Numbered from the stretch's first letter, positions 34,812 to 47,822 are shown. The stretch is DNA of 64,000 bases from Candidatus Gemmiger stercoravium (GCA_019119835.1 DWWE01000094.1:188-64187); one strand, 5' to 3'. A program made the numbers and translations. The notes: generated by a model from the letters alone, not told the origin.

Positions 34812-36927
34812 TGGGCTTCACCTCCTCAAATGTTGCGCTGCGCCCCGGGCGCAGCACCGCCGTCGGCGTGTCGCCGCGGTACACCTTCGCCTGCGTGTCC
34901 CAGTCCTGCAGGCGTGGTTCGGATGCGTTGGTCAGGATGGTCCGGGGCTGCACACACTCCGGCAGACTGGCTGCCGCACAGAGCAGATCTACCGTGACAG
35001 GCTGCCCCGGGTCCGGCTGGCCAGCCGTAAAGGCAATGTGGTACCCGTCGATCCCGAGCACAGCCAGGTTGCCGCCGCCATCATGCCAGCAGTCCAGTTC
35101 CCAGCCACCGGGCAGAGACGGCTGTGCAGGCCCCCGGGGCAGTGTATCCAGCGTGATGTGCGCCGTCTGCTGCGGGAAGTCCTGCTCGACCGGGTCCTGG
35201 CGCAGGTCGATCACCGCGTCCCACTGCAGCCGGCCGTTTTCGTCCAGATAGGTCTGCACCGCGTTCAGGTTGGAAGCGCCGCCGCGGAAAAACACAACGG
35301 CATGCCCGTTCTGGCTGACAACGGCGCAGGCGTTGCCCGAAGTACCCACCAGGGCGACGCGGACCACGTCCCGCTGCAGCCGGACCCCCAGTCCGACACT
35401 GACCGCCAGGCAGAGCGCAGCCGCCGGCAGGAACCACAGCACCCGGCCCCGACGCCAGAACAGCACCCCCAGCAGGATCAGTACAGTCAGGACCAGCAAG
35501 GTGTACCGCCTTGGCAGATACAAATATGCAGCCGGCAGCGCGGCGCACCAGCCGATGATGCCGACCATCCAGTGCAGCCACAGGGACAACAGCAGGCTGG
35601 CCATCCGCATACAGGGCAAAAGGAGCGGCACGGCACCAAACAGCAAAACCAGGATCCCCAGCACCAGCGCCGGGCAGAGCATCCACACTACCAGCAGGTT
35701 GGTCAGCACCGAAACGCCGCTGGTGGACATCCCGTGCGCCAGCAGCGACGGCAGCGTAGCCACCGTGGCCAGGGCCGCCGTCTCTAAGGTTTCCAACAGC
35801 TGCAGCCCTGCCCGGAGCAGCCGTCTGCGCCAGCCGGGAACGTCCGGGTCTTCCTCCTCTTCCTCCGGCAGCCAGCGCTGCCGCTGCCAGCGGCCGACCG
35901 CCGCCCCCAGCTGGACGCCCAGCACACCGCAGAAGGAGAGCTGACAACCCAGGTCACAGGCCGCATAGGCGTTCTGCAGCCCCAGGAACAGGGCGGCGAC
36001 CCCCAGGGAGGTCAGGGTATCCGGCGGCTGCACCAGTGCATAGCCAAGCAGCATGATGAAATAAATCACGCCGGCCCGCACCACCGAGACCGGGAAGCCG
36101 GTGAGAGCCATGTAAAACAGCAGCACCGCCGCTTCGAAGAGAATGTACAACCGGTTGAACCGAAGCGTCCCGGCCAGCGGACCGATCAGGAACAGCCCAC
36201 AAAGCAGGGAGAAATGCAGCCCCGAAATGGACAGAAGATGGGACACCCCGGCCGCCCGGAAGGATTCCTCCAGCGTATCGGTCAGCTGGGTGCGGTCCCC
36301 CAACAGCATGGCGGCTTCCACCCCGCCCAGCGGGCGGGGCAGGTACAGGCGCAGCCGGCGGGAAAGCCCCATGCGCAGTTCGTAAAGCGCAAACACCGGT
36401 GACCGGCTGGGTTCCAGCGGTTCGTAGCCGTCCTGATAGACAGCCGAAAGGAAGGTGCCGTCCGCATAGCGGCCCAGACGGTAGGCGTCCTGCTCCAGCT
36501 CCTCCAGGCGGATGACCGCCCGGAACTGCTCGCCCGGCTCGGCGCCGGGAAAACTGGAGCAGTACGCCCGCACCCCGGCCGAACAGCCAGGAACGCCCTG
36601 CAGAACCAGCGTCCCACGCAGGCGCCCTTCCTGGAAGGAGGGCTCCGCATCCGTCTGCACCACGGCGGTGACCGTGACCGTCTGCCCGGCCAGTGCGCGC
36701 TGGGGCGCCGCAACAAGGCCCTGATACCCTGCCGCCCAGACCGCACCCGCAGCCAACCCCAGCACCACCGGCAAACAGGCCGGATAAACGGCGCGGCGCA
36801 CACGCCAGACAAGGGCGGCCAGCAGCAAAAAAGCCGCTGTCAGCAGCAAAGCCGACAGCGGCAGATACGCCCCAGCCAGCTCCGCCGCCGCGAAAGCAAG
36901 ACCGAAACCAGCCAGAGCGCGTTTCAT
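34798..36927 (-). CDS. comEC: ComEC/Rec2 family competence protein
   Basis: AMLLGDR, FRAAGVSHLLSISGLH, SVVRAG and LSFCGVLG; many TM helices. Confidence 0.88.
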   Translation of the reverse strand: MKRALAGFGLAFAAAELAGAYLPLSALLLTAAFLLLAALVWRVRRAVYPACLPVVLGLAAGAVWAAGYQGLVAAPQRALAGQTVTVTAVVQTDAEPSFQEGRLRGTLVLQGVPGCSAGVRAYCSSFPGAEPGEQFRAVIRLEELEQDAYRLGRYADGTFLSAVYQDGYEPLEPSRSPVFALYELRMGLSRRLRLYLPRPLGGVEAAMLLGDRTQLTDTLEESFRAAGVSHLLSISGLHFSLLCGLFLIGPLAGTLRFNRLYILFEAAVLLFYMALTGFPVSVVRAGVIYFIMLLGYALVQPPDTLTSLGVAALFLGLQNAYAACDLGCQLSFCGVLGVQLGAAVGRWQRQRWLPEEEEEDPDVPGWRRRLLRAGLQLLETLETAALATVATLPSLLAHGMSTSGVSVLTNLLVVWMLCPALVLGILVLLFGAVPLLLPCMRMASLLLSLWLHWMVGIIGWCAALPAAYLYLPRRYTLLVLTVLILLGVLFWRRGRVLWFLPAAALCLAVSVGLGVRLQRDVVRVALVGTSGNACAVVSQNGHAVVFFRGGASNLNAVQTYLDENGRLQWDAVIDLRQDPVEQDFPQQTAHITLDTLPRGPAQPSLPGGWELDCWHDGGGNLAVLGIDGYHIAFTAGQPDPGQPVTVDLLCAAASLPECVQPRTILTNASEPRLQDWDTQAKVYRGDTPTAVLRPGRSATFEEVKPIAVQ

Positions 36928-36929
36928 GG

Positions 36930-37469
36930 TCAGTGGATAAACAGCGGCAGAGGCGCCAGGAAGGTGATGTCGGTGCGTTTGGCCGCATCGCCTTCCGCCA
37001 GTGCAGCACAGCAGCCGACCACCGTGCCGGTGCTCCGCGCCGCCAGCGTCTCCAGCGCATGGAGGCTGCCGCCGGTGGAGATCACGTCATCCACAATCAG
37101 GATCCGCTTGCCATCCATGTATTCGATGTCCTTGCGGTCCAGCACCAGCACCTGTTTGCCGGCCGTCGTAATGGATTCATCCTCGATCACGACAGGATCC
37201 TGCATATACAGCTTGGCGCCCTTGCGCGCAGGGATCCACTGTTTGCCGCTCTGACGGGACATCTCATACGCCAGCGGGATGCCCTTTGCCTCGGCGGTGA
37301 GGATCACGTCAAATTCCGGGCACTTTTCCAGCAGCGCCTTGGCGCAGGCCACCGTCAGCTCCACATCGCTGAACATGATGAAAGCGGCAATGTCCATGTG
37401 GTCATTGACCTTGCAGATCGGCAGTTCACGGGTCAGCCCCGCCACATGCAGCGTATACGTTTCAGCCAT
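36930..37469 (-). CDS. Type I phosphoribosyltransferase (adenine PRT-like)
   Basis: TAEAKGIP, ARK, and the PRPP loop ILIVDDVISTGGS. Confidence 0.88.
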   Translation of the reverse strand: MAETYTLHVAGLTRELPICKVNDHMDIAAFIMFSDVELTVACAKALLEKCPEFDVILTAEAKGIPLAYEMSRQSGKQWIPARKGAKLYMQDPVVIEDESITTAGKQVLVLDRKDIEYMDGKRILIVDDVISTGGSLHALETLAARSTGTVVGCCAALAEGDAAKRTDITFLAPLPLFIH

Positions 37470-37511
37470 CTTGTTCTCCTCTTTCTTTGTATCCCTCTGC
37501 CAGTCGGGGCA

Positions 37512-37856
37512 TCAGCCCGGCGGCCAGGCCAGGCTGCGTTTGGCCAGAACGTGGAAGTGCAGGTGCGGTACGCTCTGGCCGCCGTCCTGCCCCACATTGG
37601 TGACAACCCGGTACCCGCTCTGATCCACCCCCAGCTCCTTGCAGAGCTTGGCGATCACGGCGAAGACATGGCCCAGCAGGGCGGCGTCCTCCTCCGTCAG
37701 CGCAGCCGCCGACGAAATGTGCCGTTTGGGGATCACGAGAAAATGCACCGGCGCCTGCGGGTCGATGTCATAGAAGGCCAGCAGCGTTTCATCCTCATAC
37801 AGCTTGTTGGAGGGGATGTCGCCTGCGGCGATCTTGCAGAACAGACAGTCTTGCAT
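37512..37856 (-). CDS. Histidine triad (HIT) nucleotide-binding protein
   Basis: DCLFCKI, and the GQSVPHLHFH triad. Confidence 0.95.
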   Translation of the reverse strand: MQDCLFCKIAAGDIPSNKLYEDETLLAFYDIDPQAPVHFLVIPKRHISSAAALTEEDAALLGHVFAVIAKLCKELGVDQSGYRVVTNVGQDGGQSVPHLHFHVLAKRSLAWPPG

Positions 37857-37898
37857 GGAAAAGCCTCCTTTCCCGATGATAGTTTTATTATACCAGAA

Positions 37899-40577
37899 TC
37901 AGGCGTTCTTTTCCAGTTCGGATTTCACGATCTGCGCCACCGCCTGCAGGGCGGTGTCCACCTTGCTCACATCCTTGATACCGGCCATGGCAAAGTCCGG
38001 CTTGCCGCCGCCGTTGCCGCCGGCAATGGCCGCAATCTGCTTGACCAGCACGCCGGCCTTCAGCCCCTTGGCCTGGGCCTGCTTGCCGACGCCCACCGCC
38101 AGCGTTGTCTTTTCGCCGGTGGTGCCGATCAGGGCGCCCACTGCATCGGGGGCCTTGTCCCGCAGCTTGTCCATCATGCTGCGCAGCGTCTCGGGTGCGG
38201 TGCCATTGAGGTACATCGTGACGATGCGCACCCCTTCCACAACGGCGGCGGAATCGAACATGCCGTCGATCTGGCTGGCAGCCAGCTGGCTCTTGGCAGC
38301 CTCCAGCTGCTTGCCGGTCTCCTTGAGTTCCGCCGCCATCGCCTCGGCGCGGGCAGGCACGTCCTTGAGGTTGTTCGCCTTCAGGGCGGCCGCCGTGCGG
38401 GTCAGTTCCTCGGTGCGCTCATTGAGCAGGCCCAGCACGCCGAAGGCCGTGGTCGCCTCGATACGGCGGATGCCGGCCGCCACGCTGCTTTCGGACAGGA
38501 TCTTGAAGCAGCCGATCTGGGCCGTGTTCTTCACATGAGTGCCGCCGCAGAACTCGACGCTCCAGCCGCCGGCATCCACCACCCGGACCACATCACCGTA
38601 CTTCTCACCGAACAGGGCCATCGCCCCCATCTTCTTCGCTTCTTCGATGGGCAGGTTCTGCACCGCCACCGGGATGGACTCGTAGATCTTTTCATTGACG
38701 AGCTGCTCCACACGGGCCAGCTCTTCCGGCGTGACGGCGCTGAAGTGGGTGAAGTCGAACCGGGTGATCCGGTCGTCCTGATAGCTGCCGGCCTGATGGA
38801 CATGTTCGCCCAGGACCTCCCGCAGCGCTTTCTGCATCAGGTGGGTGGCGGTGTGATTGCGGCAGATCGCCATGCGGCGGCCCGCATCCACGGCAGCGTC
38901 CACCGTATCCCCCACATGCAGCGTGCCTTCCAGCAGGGTGCAGGTGTGGACAAAGTAGCCCCTCGGGGTCTTTTTGACCGCCTCCACCTTCAGCATAGCG
39001 TCCTGGCTGCGCAGGGTACCCATATCGGCAACCTGGCCGCCCATCTCGGCATAGAAGGGGGTATGGTCCAGCACGACCAGCACGCCCTCCCGGGCGTCGT
39101 TGCTGTCGGTGGCGATGGCGTCAACGATCTCCTCCCCATCGGACAGGGCGACCACCGTAGCCTGCTCCTGCAGGGTGTCGTAGCCGTCAAACACCGTCGG
39201 CTCGGCGGTCAGCTCGCCGAACAGGTCGGCCGTCCAGCCGGAGATGTCCTTGGCCAGCCGCTCGGCACGGGCGCGTTCCCGCTGTTTGGTCATCTCCACA
39301 TGGAAAGCGTCCTCATCCACCGCCACGCCAGCTTCGGCCGCGATCTCCTTGGTGAGATCGAGGGGGAACCCAAAGGTATCGTTGAGCTTGAAAACGTCGG
39401 CACCCGAAAGGACCAGCCGTCCCTCGCTCTTGATCTGTTCGGTCTGCACCTTGTCGATCATGGCGTTGAGGATGCTCAGCCCGGCATCGATGGTGCGGGA
39501 GAAGCGCTCCTCCTCGGTGCCGATCACCTTTTTGATATACTGCTCGTGCTCCCGCAGTTCCGGATAGCCGGCTTCGCTGGACTCGATGACCGTATCCACC
39601 AGCTCGGTCAGGAAGGGGCGATCGATCCCGAGCATCCGGCCGTGGCGGGCCGCCCGGCGCAGCAGACGGCGCAGCACATAGCCGCGGCCTTCGTTGGAGG
39701 GCAGGATGCCGTCCGACACCATGAAGACGGTGGAACGGATGTGGTCGGTGATCACGCGGATGGAGATGTCGTCCTTCTCGTCGGCGCCGTAACGCTTGCC
39801 CGAGATATGCTCCACATGGTGCAGCACAGCGGCCACCGTGTCCACCTCAAACAGGTTGCCCACGTCCTGCATCACGCAGGCCAGGCGCTCCAGCCCCATG
39901 CCGGTGTCGATGTTCGGCTTGGGCAGCCGTTCGTAATGGCCCTTGCCGTCCGAGTCATACTGGCTGAACACAAGGTTCCAGATCTCCATATAGCGGTCGC
40001 AGTCGCAGCCCACCTTGCAGTCAGGCTTGCCACAGCCATGCTCGGGGCCGCGGTCGTAGTAGATCTCGGAGCAGGGGCCGCAGGGGCCGGAGCCATGCTC
40101 CCAGAAGTTGTCCTCCTTGCCGAAACGGACCATGTGATCCTCGGGGATGCCGACCTTCTTGGTCCAGATGTCGTAGGCCTCGTCATCGTCGGTATAGACC
40201 GAGATGTACAGTTTTTCGGCCGGGATCTCCAGGTCCTGGGTCAGGAATTCCCACGCCCAGGGAATAACTTCTTCCTTGAAATAGTCCTGGAAGCTGAAGT
40301 TGCCCAGCATCTCAAAGAAGGTCCCGTGCCGGGCCGTGATGCCGACGCGCTCGATGTCCGGCGTGCGGATGCACTTCTGGCAGGTGGTCACACGGTGGCG
40401 GGGCGGTTCCTCCTGCCCGAGGAACCACTTTTTCATCGGCGCCATGCCGCTGTTGATCAGCAGCAGACTGGGGTCATCCTTCGGCACCAGCGGGAAGCTG
40501 CCCAGGCGCAGATGGTCTTTGGTCTCGAAAAAGTGGAGATACCTCTCCCGCAGTTCATTCAGTCCGGTCCATTGCAT
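37899..40577 (-). CDS. alaS: Alanine--tRNA ligase
   Basis: RHGTFFEMLGNFSF.DYFK, DTGMGLER, HTATHL, EFCGGTHV, and GGNGGGKPDFA. Confidence 0.97.
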   Translation of the reverse strand: MQWTGLNELRERYLHFFETKDHLRLGSFPLVPKDDPSLLLINSGMAPMKKWFLGQEEPPRHRVTTCQKCIRTPDIERVGITARHGTFFEMLGNFSFQDYFKEEVIPWAWEFLTQDLEIPAEKLYISVYTDDDEAYDIWTKKVGIPEDHMVRFGKEDNFWEHGSGPCGPCSEIYYDRGPEHGCGKPDCKVGCDCDRYMEIWNLVFSQYDSDGKGHYERLPKPNIDTGMGLERLACVMQDVGNLFEVDTVAAVLHHVEHISGKRYGADEKDDISIRVITDHIRSTVFMVSDGILPSNEGRGYVLRRLLRRAARHGRMLGIDRPFLTELVDTVIESSEAGYPELREHEQYIKKVIGTEEERFSRTIDAGLSILNAMIDKVQTEQIKSEGRLVLSGADVFKLNDTFGFPLDLTKEIAAEAGVAVDEDAFHVEMTKQRERARAERLAKDISGWTADLFGELTAEPTVFDGYDTLQEQATVVALSDGEEIVDAIATDSNDAREGVLVVLDHTPFYAEMGGQVADMGTLRSQDAMLKVEAVKKTPRGYFVHTCTLLEGTLHVGDTVDAAVDAGRRMAICRNHTATHLMQKALREVLGEHVHQAGSYQDDRITRFDFTHFSAVTPEELARVEQLVNEKIYESIPVAVQNLPIEEAKKMGAMALFGEKYGDVVRVVDAGGWSVEFCGGTHVKNTAQIGCFKILSESSVAAGIRRIEATTAFGVLGLLNERTEELTRTAAALKANNLKDVPARAEAMAAELKETGKQLEAAKSQLAASQIDGMFDSAAVVEGVRIVTMYLNGTAPETLRSMMDKLRDKAPDAVGALIGTTGEKTTLAVGVGKQAQAKGLKAGVLVKQIAAIAGGNGGGKPDFAMAGIKDVSKVDTALQAVAQIVKSELEKNA

Positions 40578-40624
40578 GTTTCCTGATCCTCTCATTTCAT
40601 CGTTTGGTACAAGCACAGCGATAC

Positions 40625-40860
40625 GGCCCGCAAAAGAAAACAGCTTCCGCCCCAGACAAGGGACGAAAGCTGTCGGCTTCCGTGGTACCACCCAAGTTGC
40701 AGAGGGATCCGACCTCTGCCGCTTTGTCAGCGTTAACGCCGCTTTACGCCCGCTTTTTCCGGGAGCTCGGGGGTGGCGCTGCGCCGCGCAGGCAAGGACC
40801 TTGCACCATCCGGTCCCCTCTCTTCAGCCGTGCTGCGGGCATTGGCCCTTTCATCGCTTT
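40625..40860 (-). ncRNA. T-box riboswitch (Ala) upstream of alaS
   Basis: T-box antiterminator TTGGGTGGTACCACGG (40680-40695), terminator ACAGCTTTCGTCCC/GGGGCGGAAGCTGT followed by TTTCTTTT, Stem I AGAGAG and GGTGCAA motifs, and a GCT specifier at 40764-40766. Confidence 0.88.
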
Positions 40861-40899
40861 TTGTATCTTTTGATAGTATACGCCAGCTTTTTTGTCTTG

Positions 40900-42555
40900 T
40901 CAACTGGTTTCCGGCGTTGCCATGGTCGTTTCCCGGGTAAAATTTCCGTCAAATGCGCAGAGGGCGTCCGCCACCCGGGCAAAGATCGCCGCGCTGGAGG
41001 TTTCGGGCTCCAGCGTCGCATCCTGCAGCACGGTGATCGTATAGGCCGGGTCCTCGGCCGGCCAGAAACCGCTGAACCAGTAGTTGAGCCGCTCGACCCC
41101 GGCCGCATCGAACTGGCCGGTCTGGGCCGTGCCCGTTTTGCCGCCGGCGCCGCCGCCGCTGGCCGGCTTTGCCTCCTGGCCGATGCCTTCCTCCACCACG
41201 TCGATCAGCATACTGCGCAGCACCCGGGCGATGTCCGGGGAACAGGCGGTGCTGTCTTCCGCCGTCACAAACGGCTCGACGCATTGTCCGGTTTCGCTGT
41301 CCACGATCCCGCGCACCACCCGGGGTGCGCGCAGGATCCCGCCGTCCGCCACCGCATTCATCATGGCGGTGATCTGCAGCGGGGTCACCGTCAATGCGCC
41401 CTGGCCGAAGGACAGCATGGCCAGCTGGCCGTTCTGCGCCCCGCCCAGGGTGGCAAGGTCCGGCAGGGTGCCCTCCTCGCTCTTCATCCCGGGCGCCAGC
41501 GCCGTCGGGCTGCCAAAGCCCAGCCGACGGGCCGCCGCCAGGATCTGCGCCCCGCCCAGGTGCTGCCCCAGCTCGATGAAATAGCAGTTGCAGCTCTGTT
41601 CCAGCGCACTGCGCAGGTTCACCCTGCCATGAACACGGCCTTCGGCGCAGCGGAACACCTGATCCCCCACCTTCACCCAGCCCTCGCAGTCGTGGGTAAA
41701 CCAGTCCAGCCCCGCCTCATAGGCCGCCACCGCCAGCACCACCTTGAAAACGGACCCGGCGCTGAAGGCGGCCAGCGGCCGGTTGATCAGCGAGGTGTCG
41801 TCGGCCTCCATGCTGCGGAGCAGATCGTCCGGGTCAAAGTCCGGGCGGCTTACGCTGGCCAGCAGTTCGCCGGTGGCGGTATCCATCACAAGGATACAGC
41901 CCCGCGGCAGGTACAGGTCCGCGATCGCCTCGCAGGCCCGCTGTATATCAGCGTTCAAGGTCAGCTGCACCCCCTGGGCGGTGCCGGCGGCGTCGGTCTG
42001 CAGGGCCGGCTCGGTTCCCGTCATCAGGGACCCTTGGGCCGTGGTGGTGCAGGCGACCGCCAGCCGGTCCCCCGACCGGGCCAGGACCTCCTCATAGGCC
42101 AGTTCCAGCCCGGAGACCCCCACCCCGTCCCCGTTGAGATACCCCAGCAGGTGGGTGGCGATCGGGACCGGCAGTGTTCTTTCGGCGCCCCGGTAGGTGT
42201 AGATCCCCTGCGGGGTCAGATCCTGTTCCACCTCGATAAGGAACGGGGTGACGCTGTTGCGGTATTCATACAGTTCCGCCTGCGCCGCAAAGGGCACATA
42301 GGGGAAAAGTCGGGCATAGCTGGCATCCCCCGGGATGCACAGCGCATACCAGCGCGGCACCGTCCCGGTAAGGGGCTGCCCGGTGTTGTCGTAGAAATTT
42401 CCCCGCTGCTGAGGCAGTGCCGTCACACTGGCGCTCTGCCCCCCGGCGCTGGCCGCATACAGGGTGTCGGTGCCGATCCAGTAGACCCGGCACAGCGCCA
42501 CCGCCGCCAGCACCGCAAACGTGCAGCACAAAGCCGCCATCCGACGCAGACTCAT
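40900..42555 (-). CDS. Class B penicillin-binding protein (transpeptidase; possibly sporulation-related)
   Basis: SVFK (SxxK), SCN (SxN) and KTG motifs; N-terminal anchor and RG.FYD..G.PL. Confidence 0.88.
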   Translation of the reverse strand: MSLRRMAALCCTFAVLAAVALCRVYWIGTDTLYAASAGGQSASVTALPQQRGNFYDNTGQPLTGTVPRWYALCIPGDASYARLFPYVPFAAQAELYEYRNSVTPFLIEVEQDLTPQGIYTYRGAERTLPVPIATHLLGYLNGDGVGVSGLELAYEEVLARSGDRLAVACTTTAQGSLMTGTEPALQTDAAGTAQGVQLTLNADIQRACEAIADLYLPRGCILVMDTATGELLASVSRPDFDPDDLLRSMEADDTSLINRPLAAFSAGSVFKVVLAVAAYEAGLDWFTHDCEGWVKVGDQVFRCAEGRVHGRVNLRSALEQSCNCYFIELGQHLGGAQILAAARRLGFGSPTALAPGMKSEEGTLPDLATLGGAQNGQLAMLSFGQGALTVTPLQITAMMNAVADGGILRAPRVVRGIVDSETGQCVEPFVTAEDSTACSPDIARVLRSMLIDVVEEGIGQEAKPASGGGAGGKTGTAQTGQFDAAGVERLNYWFSGFWPAEDPAYTITVLQDATLEPETSSAAIFARVADALCAFDGNFTRETTMATPETS

Positions 42556-42636
42556 CCATACCGCCCCCCTGCCTGGGCTTAGTATGGGGCAGAACCAGGC
42601 GCCGCATACGGCGCGGCAAAGGGTGGAAGTTCTTGG

Positions 42637-43131
42637 TCATTCCCCGGCCCGGTCGGGTCCGCTGCGGCCGTTTCGGTGCAGCGCCCGGCGCCGCCACAAA
42701 AATACAGCCAGCAGCAGAAGGGCCGCCCCCGGTACAAAGCCCAGGGCATCCACCCCCACATCACTGGCCAGCATGGCGCGGCCCGGCACAAAGAACTGAT
42801 GGATCTCGTCGGTCACGGCGTACAGGGTGCAGAACACGACCGCCCACGCCCCCTGGCGGGGCAGTGTGCGCCCGATGTTCCAACTATGGACCATGGCGGC
42901 CATGCTGGCCCCCAGCAGCAGATAGATATAGACATGCGCCCACTTGCGCACGTTGGCATAGGCGTTGGCGCTGAACCAGGCCGGAATCAGCACATCCGCC
43001 GTGCCGCTGTTCTGCATCTGTTGGGCCACCTGTTCGCTCAAGGCGCCGGACTGAGCCCCGGGCTGTGCGGACAGGCAGAAGATGATAACGGCCAGCGCCA
43101 GGGTGACGGCCAAAGCGATCCATTTTTTCAT
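42637..43131 (-). CDS. VanZ family membrane protein
   Basis: IFCLSAQPG..S..LS, VRKWAH..Y..LG, and YAVTDEIHQFFVPGR...DV..D. Confidence 0.85.
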   Translation of the reverse strand: MKKWIALAVTLALAVIIFCLSAQPGAQSGALSEQVAQQMQNSGTADVLIPAWFSANAYANVRKWAHVYIYLLLGASMAAMVHSWNIGRTLPRQGAWAVVFCTLYAVTDEIHQFFVPGRAMLASDVGVDALGFVPGAALLLLAVFLWRRRALHRNGRSGPDRAGE

Positions 43132-43196
43132 AGCGTTATTTCCCCATGACAGTTTCGTTTTGCCTTTAGGATACCAGTTTTGGCCCCATTTTGCAA

Positions 43197-43232
43197 GAAA
43201 AGCTCCGACCCGCAGCGGGGTCGGAGCTTTTC
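43197..43232 (-). terminator. groEL terminator
   Basis: GAAAAGCTCCGACC..GGTCGGAGCTTTTC inverted repeat. Confidence 0.8.
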
Positions 43233-43262
43233 CTACATCATTTCAGCGGGCGCTGAGCGGGA

Positions 43263-44909
<1,647 letters not shown>

Positions 44910-44958
44910 TTACCTGTTTTGCTGTACTGTCAAAGAATCATTGGTTTCGGTCACGAGG

Positions 44959-45273
<315 letters not shown>

Positions 45274-45289
45274 TTATAACAAGTTCGCT

Positions 45290-45348
45290 TTAGCACTCTG
45301 TTTCCCTGAGTGCTAAACATATTTTAGCACATGCGTCACAAAAATCAA
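45290..45348 (-). promoter_or_regulatory. CIRCE (HrcA operator) and sigma-A promoter of groESL
   Basis: Perfect TTAGCACTC-N9-GAGTGCTAA at 45290-45316. TTGATT (45343-45348), 16 bp, TAAAAT (45321-45326). Confidence 0.93.
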
Positions 45349-45761
45349 GCCCCTGCACGCCAAAAAGTGTAATATTTTTGTGAACGCCCTTGTTTTTGTC
45401 GCACCATCGCTTGTTTATGCTCTTGTTCCTCCTCTCTTTCCCATCTTGCATTCGCTGTTTTGCCCTCTCTGCCAGGCCGCGGCCCCGGCTGTTTTCCCTC
45501 CAGGGAGGAAAATTAGCAAACCCAAGCACCTGATTTCACACTTTTGACAACAGGCGCCGTCCCTGCCGGGCGGAAAGCCGCCCTGCCTTTGACTGCAGAT
45601 GAAGGTCCTGCCTCTCTCCCCTCCCGTGCGCCGTGACACAGGCGGAGGCGGCTGCGCCGGCGGCGTTGGGGTGATCCGGCCGCTCCCTCCCGGCGGATAC
45701 AATGCAAAAATCCCCCGGGCCAAAGGCTCGGGGGATCACACAGTTTACGCTTGAGGTACGA

Positions 45762-47105
45762 TCAGGTGAGCGCCGGCGGCTGTGTTTTATACCGCTTGCG
45801 GACGGCACCGTATTCCAGGTGCGGCTTGCCGCCCTGCACGGTGTCCTCGTCGATCGTGACACGGATGATCGTCGGATCGGAGGGGATGTCGTACATGACC
45901 GGAATCAGCAGATCCTCCACGACGCTGCGCAGGCCGCGGGCACCGCTTTTGCGCTCGATCGTCTTTTTGGCGATGGAATGCAGGGCAGCGTCGGTAAAGA
46001 CCAGCTCCGCGTCGTCCAGGTTGAACAGCTCCTTGTACTGGCGCACGATGCTGTTCTTCGGCTCGGTCAGCACCCGGACCAGAGCTTCCTCGTCCAGCGG
46101 GTCCAGCACCGTGACCACCGGCAGACGGCCGATCAGTTCCGGGATCAGACCGAATTTGACCAGGTCATCCGGTTCCACCCGGCGCAGCAGCTTCTGGCGG
46201 GTCTCGTCCTTGTCCAGGCTGGTCCGCAGCTGGCTGCCGAAACCGAGGGTGGAGCGGTCGGTCCGTTTCTGGATATACTTCTCCAGCCCGTCGAAGGCGC
46301 CGCCGCAGATGAACAGGATGTTTTTGGTGTTGATCTGGATAAACTCCTGCTGGGGATGCTTGCGCCCGCCCTGGGGCGGCACATTGCTGACCGTGCCTTC
46401 CAGGATCTTCAGCAGCGCCTGCTGGACCCCTTCGCCGCCCACGTCGCGGGTGATGGAGGGGTTTTCGCTCTTGCGGGTGATCTTGTCGATCTCATCAATA
46501 TAGATGATGCCGACCTCCGCCTTCTGGATGTCAAAGTCCGCCGCCTGGATGAGCTTGAGCAGGATGTTCTCCACATCCTCGCCCACATAGCCGGCCTCGG
46601 TAAGGGTCGTGGCGTCGGCGATTGCAAACGGAACCCCCAGCATCTTGGCCAGTGTCTGCGCCAGCAGCGTCTTGCCGGTGCCGGAAGGCCCCAGCATCAG
46701 AACGTTGGACTTTTGCAGCTCCACTTCGCTTTCCCGGCCGGACAGGATCCGTTTGTAGTGGTTGTACACAGAGACCGCCAGCACTTTTTTTGCGTCATCC
46801 TGCCCGATGACATACTGGTCCAGCCCCGCCTTGATCTCCGCCGGCGTCAGGATATGGATATCCTGCAGCGGATCGAAGGAACGCCGGGGCCGGGCCGTGG
46901 CGGCGCGGCGCTGGGCTGTGGCACGCGGCGGCGGAGGGGTGCCCTCATCCCGGTACAGCGCATTGTAGCACATGTCGATGCACTCGTTGCAGATGTTGAC
47001 ACCGGGGCCGAGGATCAGCTGATCCACCTGTTTTTGGGACCGGCCACAGAAATTGCAGACCAGTTCACGTTCCTTTCCGTCCTTGCCGGAAATCGTATTT
47101 GCCAT
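45762..47105 (-). CDS. clpX: ATP-dependent Clp protease ATP-binding subunit ClpX
   Basis: Zn-binding [26 protein letters not shown], and the LGF loop (TLGFG). Confidence 0.97.
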   Translation of the reverse strand: MANTISGKDGKERELVCNFCGRSQKQVDQLILGPGVNICNECIDMCYNALYRDEGTPPPPRATAQRRAATARPRRSFDPLQDIHILTPAEIKAGLDQYVIGQDDAKKVLAVSVYNHYKRILSGRESEVELQKSNVLMLGPSGTGKTLLAQTLAKMLGVPFAIADATTLTEAGYVGEDVENILLKLIQAADFDIQKAEVGIIYIDEIDKITRKSENPSITRDVGGEGVQQALLKILEGTVSNVPPQGGRKHPQQEFIQINTKNILFICGGAFDGLEKYIQKRTDRSTLGFGSQLRTSLDKDETRQKLLRRVEPDDLVKFGLIPELIGRLPVVTVLDPLDEEALVRVLTEPKNSIVRQYKELFNLDDAELVFTDAALHSIAKKTIERKSGARGLRSVVEDLLIPVMYDIPSDPTIIRVTIDEDTVQGGKPHLEYGAVRKRYKTQPPALT

Positions 47106-47121
47106 TTCCTTCCCCCGTGGT

Positions 47122-47712
47122 TCAGTGTTTGGTGATGATCTCGTCGATCAGGCCATACTCTTTGGCCTGCTGGGCGGTCATATAATTGTCGCGCTCGGTA
47201 TCCCGCTCGATGGTCTCCAGCTGCTGACCCGTATACTCGCTGAGCAGACGGTTGAGCTTGGAGCGCACATACACGAGGTGGTCCGAATGGATCTTGATGT
47301 CGGTGGCCTGGCCGGAGAGCCCGCCGCCGCCGATCAGCGGCTGGTGGATGAGGATCTCGGAATTGGGCAGCGCATAGCGCTTGCCCTTGGTGCCGCTGGC
47401 CAGCAGGAACGCGCCCATGGAGGCCGCCATCCCCACGCAGATGGTCGAGACATCGCACTTGATGTACTGCATCGTATCATGAATGGCCATTCCATCGGTG
47501 ATGGATCCGCCCGGGCTGTTGATGTAGAAGCTGATGTCCTTTTCCGGGTCCTGCCCCTCCAGGTACAGCAGCTGCGCCACGACCACACTGGCCGAGGTCG
47601 CGTTCACATCCTCGCTCAAAACGATGATGCGGTCATTGAGCAGCCGCGAGAAAATATCATAGCTGCGCTCACCGCGTGCGGTCTGTTCGACAACGTAAGG
47701 TACCAAACTCAT
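47122..47712 (-). CDS. clpP: ATP-dependent Clp protease proteolytic subunit
   Basis: [23 protein letters not shown], and IHQP. Confidence 0.97.
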   Translation of the reverse strand: MSLVPYVVEQTARGERSYDIFSRLLNDRIIVLSEDVNATSASVVVAQLLYLEGQDPEKDISFYINSPGGSITDGMAIHDTMQYIKCDVSTICVGMAASMGAFLLASGTKGKRYALPNSEILIHQPLIGGGGLSGQATDIKIHSDHLVYVRSKLNRLLSEYTGQQLETIERDTERDNYMTAQQAKEYGLIDEIITKH

Positions 47713-47822
47713 GCAAGTTCCCTCCCATGGTATAAATTTGATGGCTGCCCGCGGGCGAAAACCGCCCGTTTGATAAACCGACCGATACGGCGGCAGCGGC
47801 ACCGTATCGGTCGCAAGATTTT

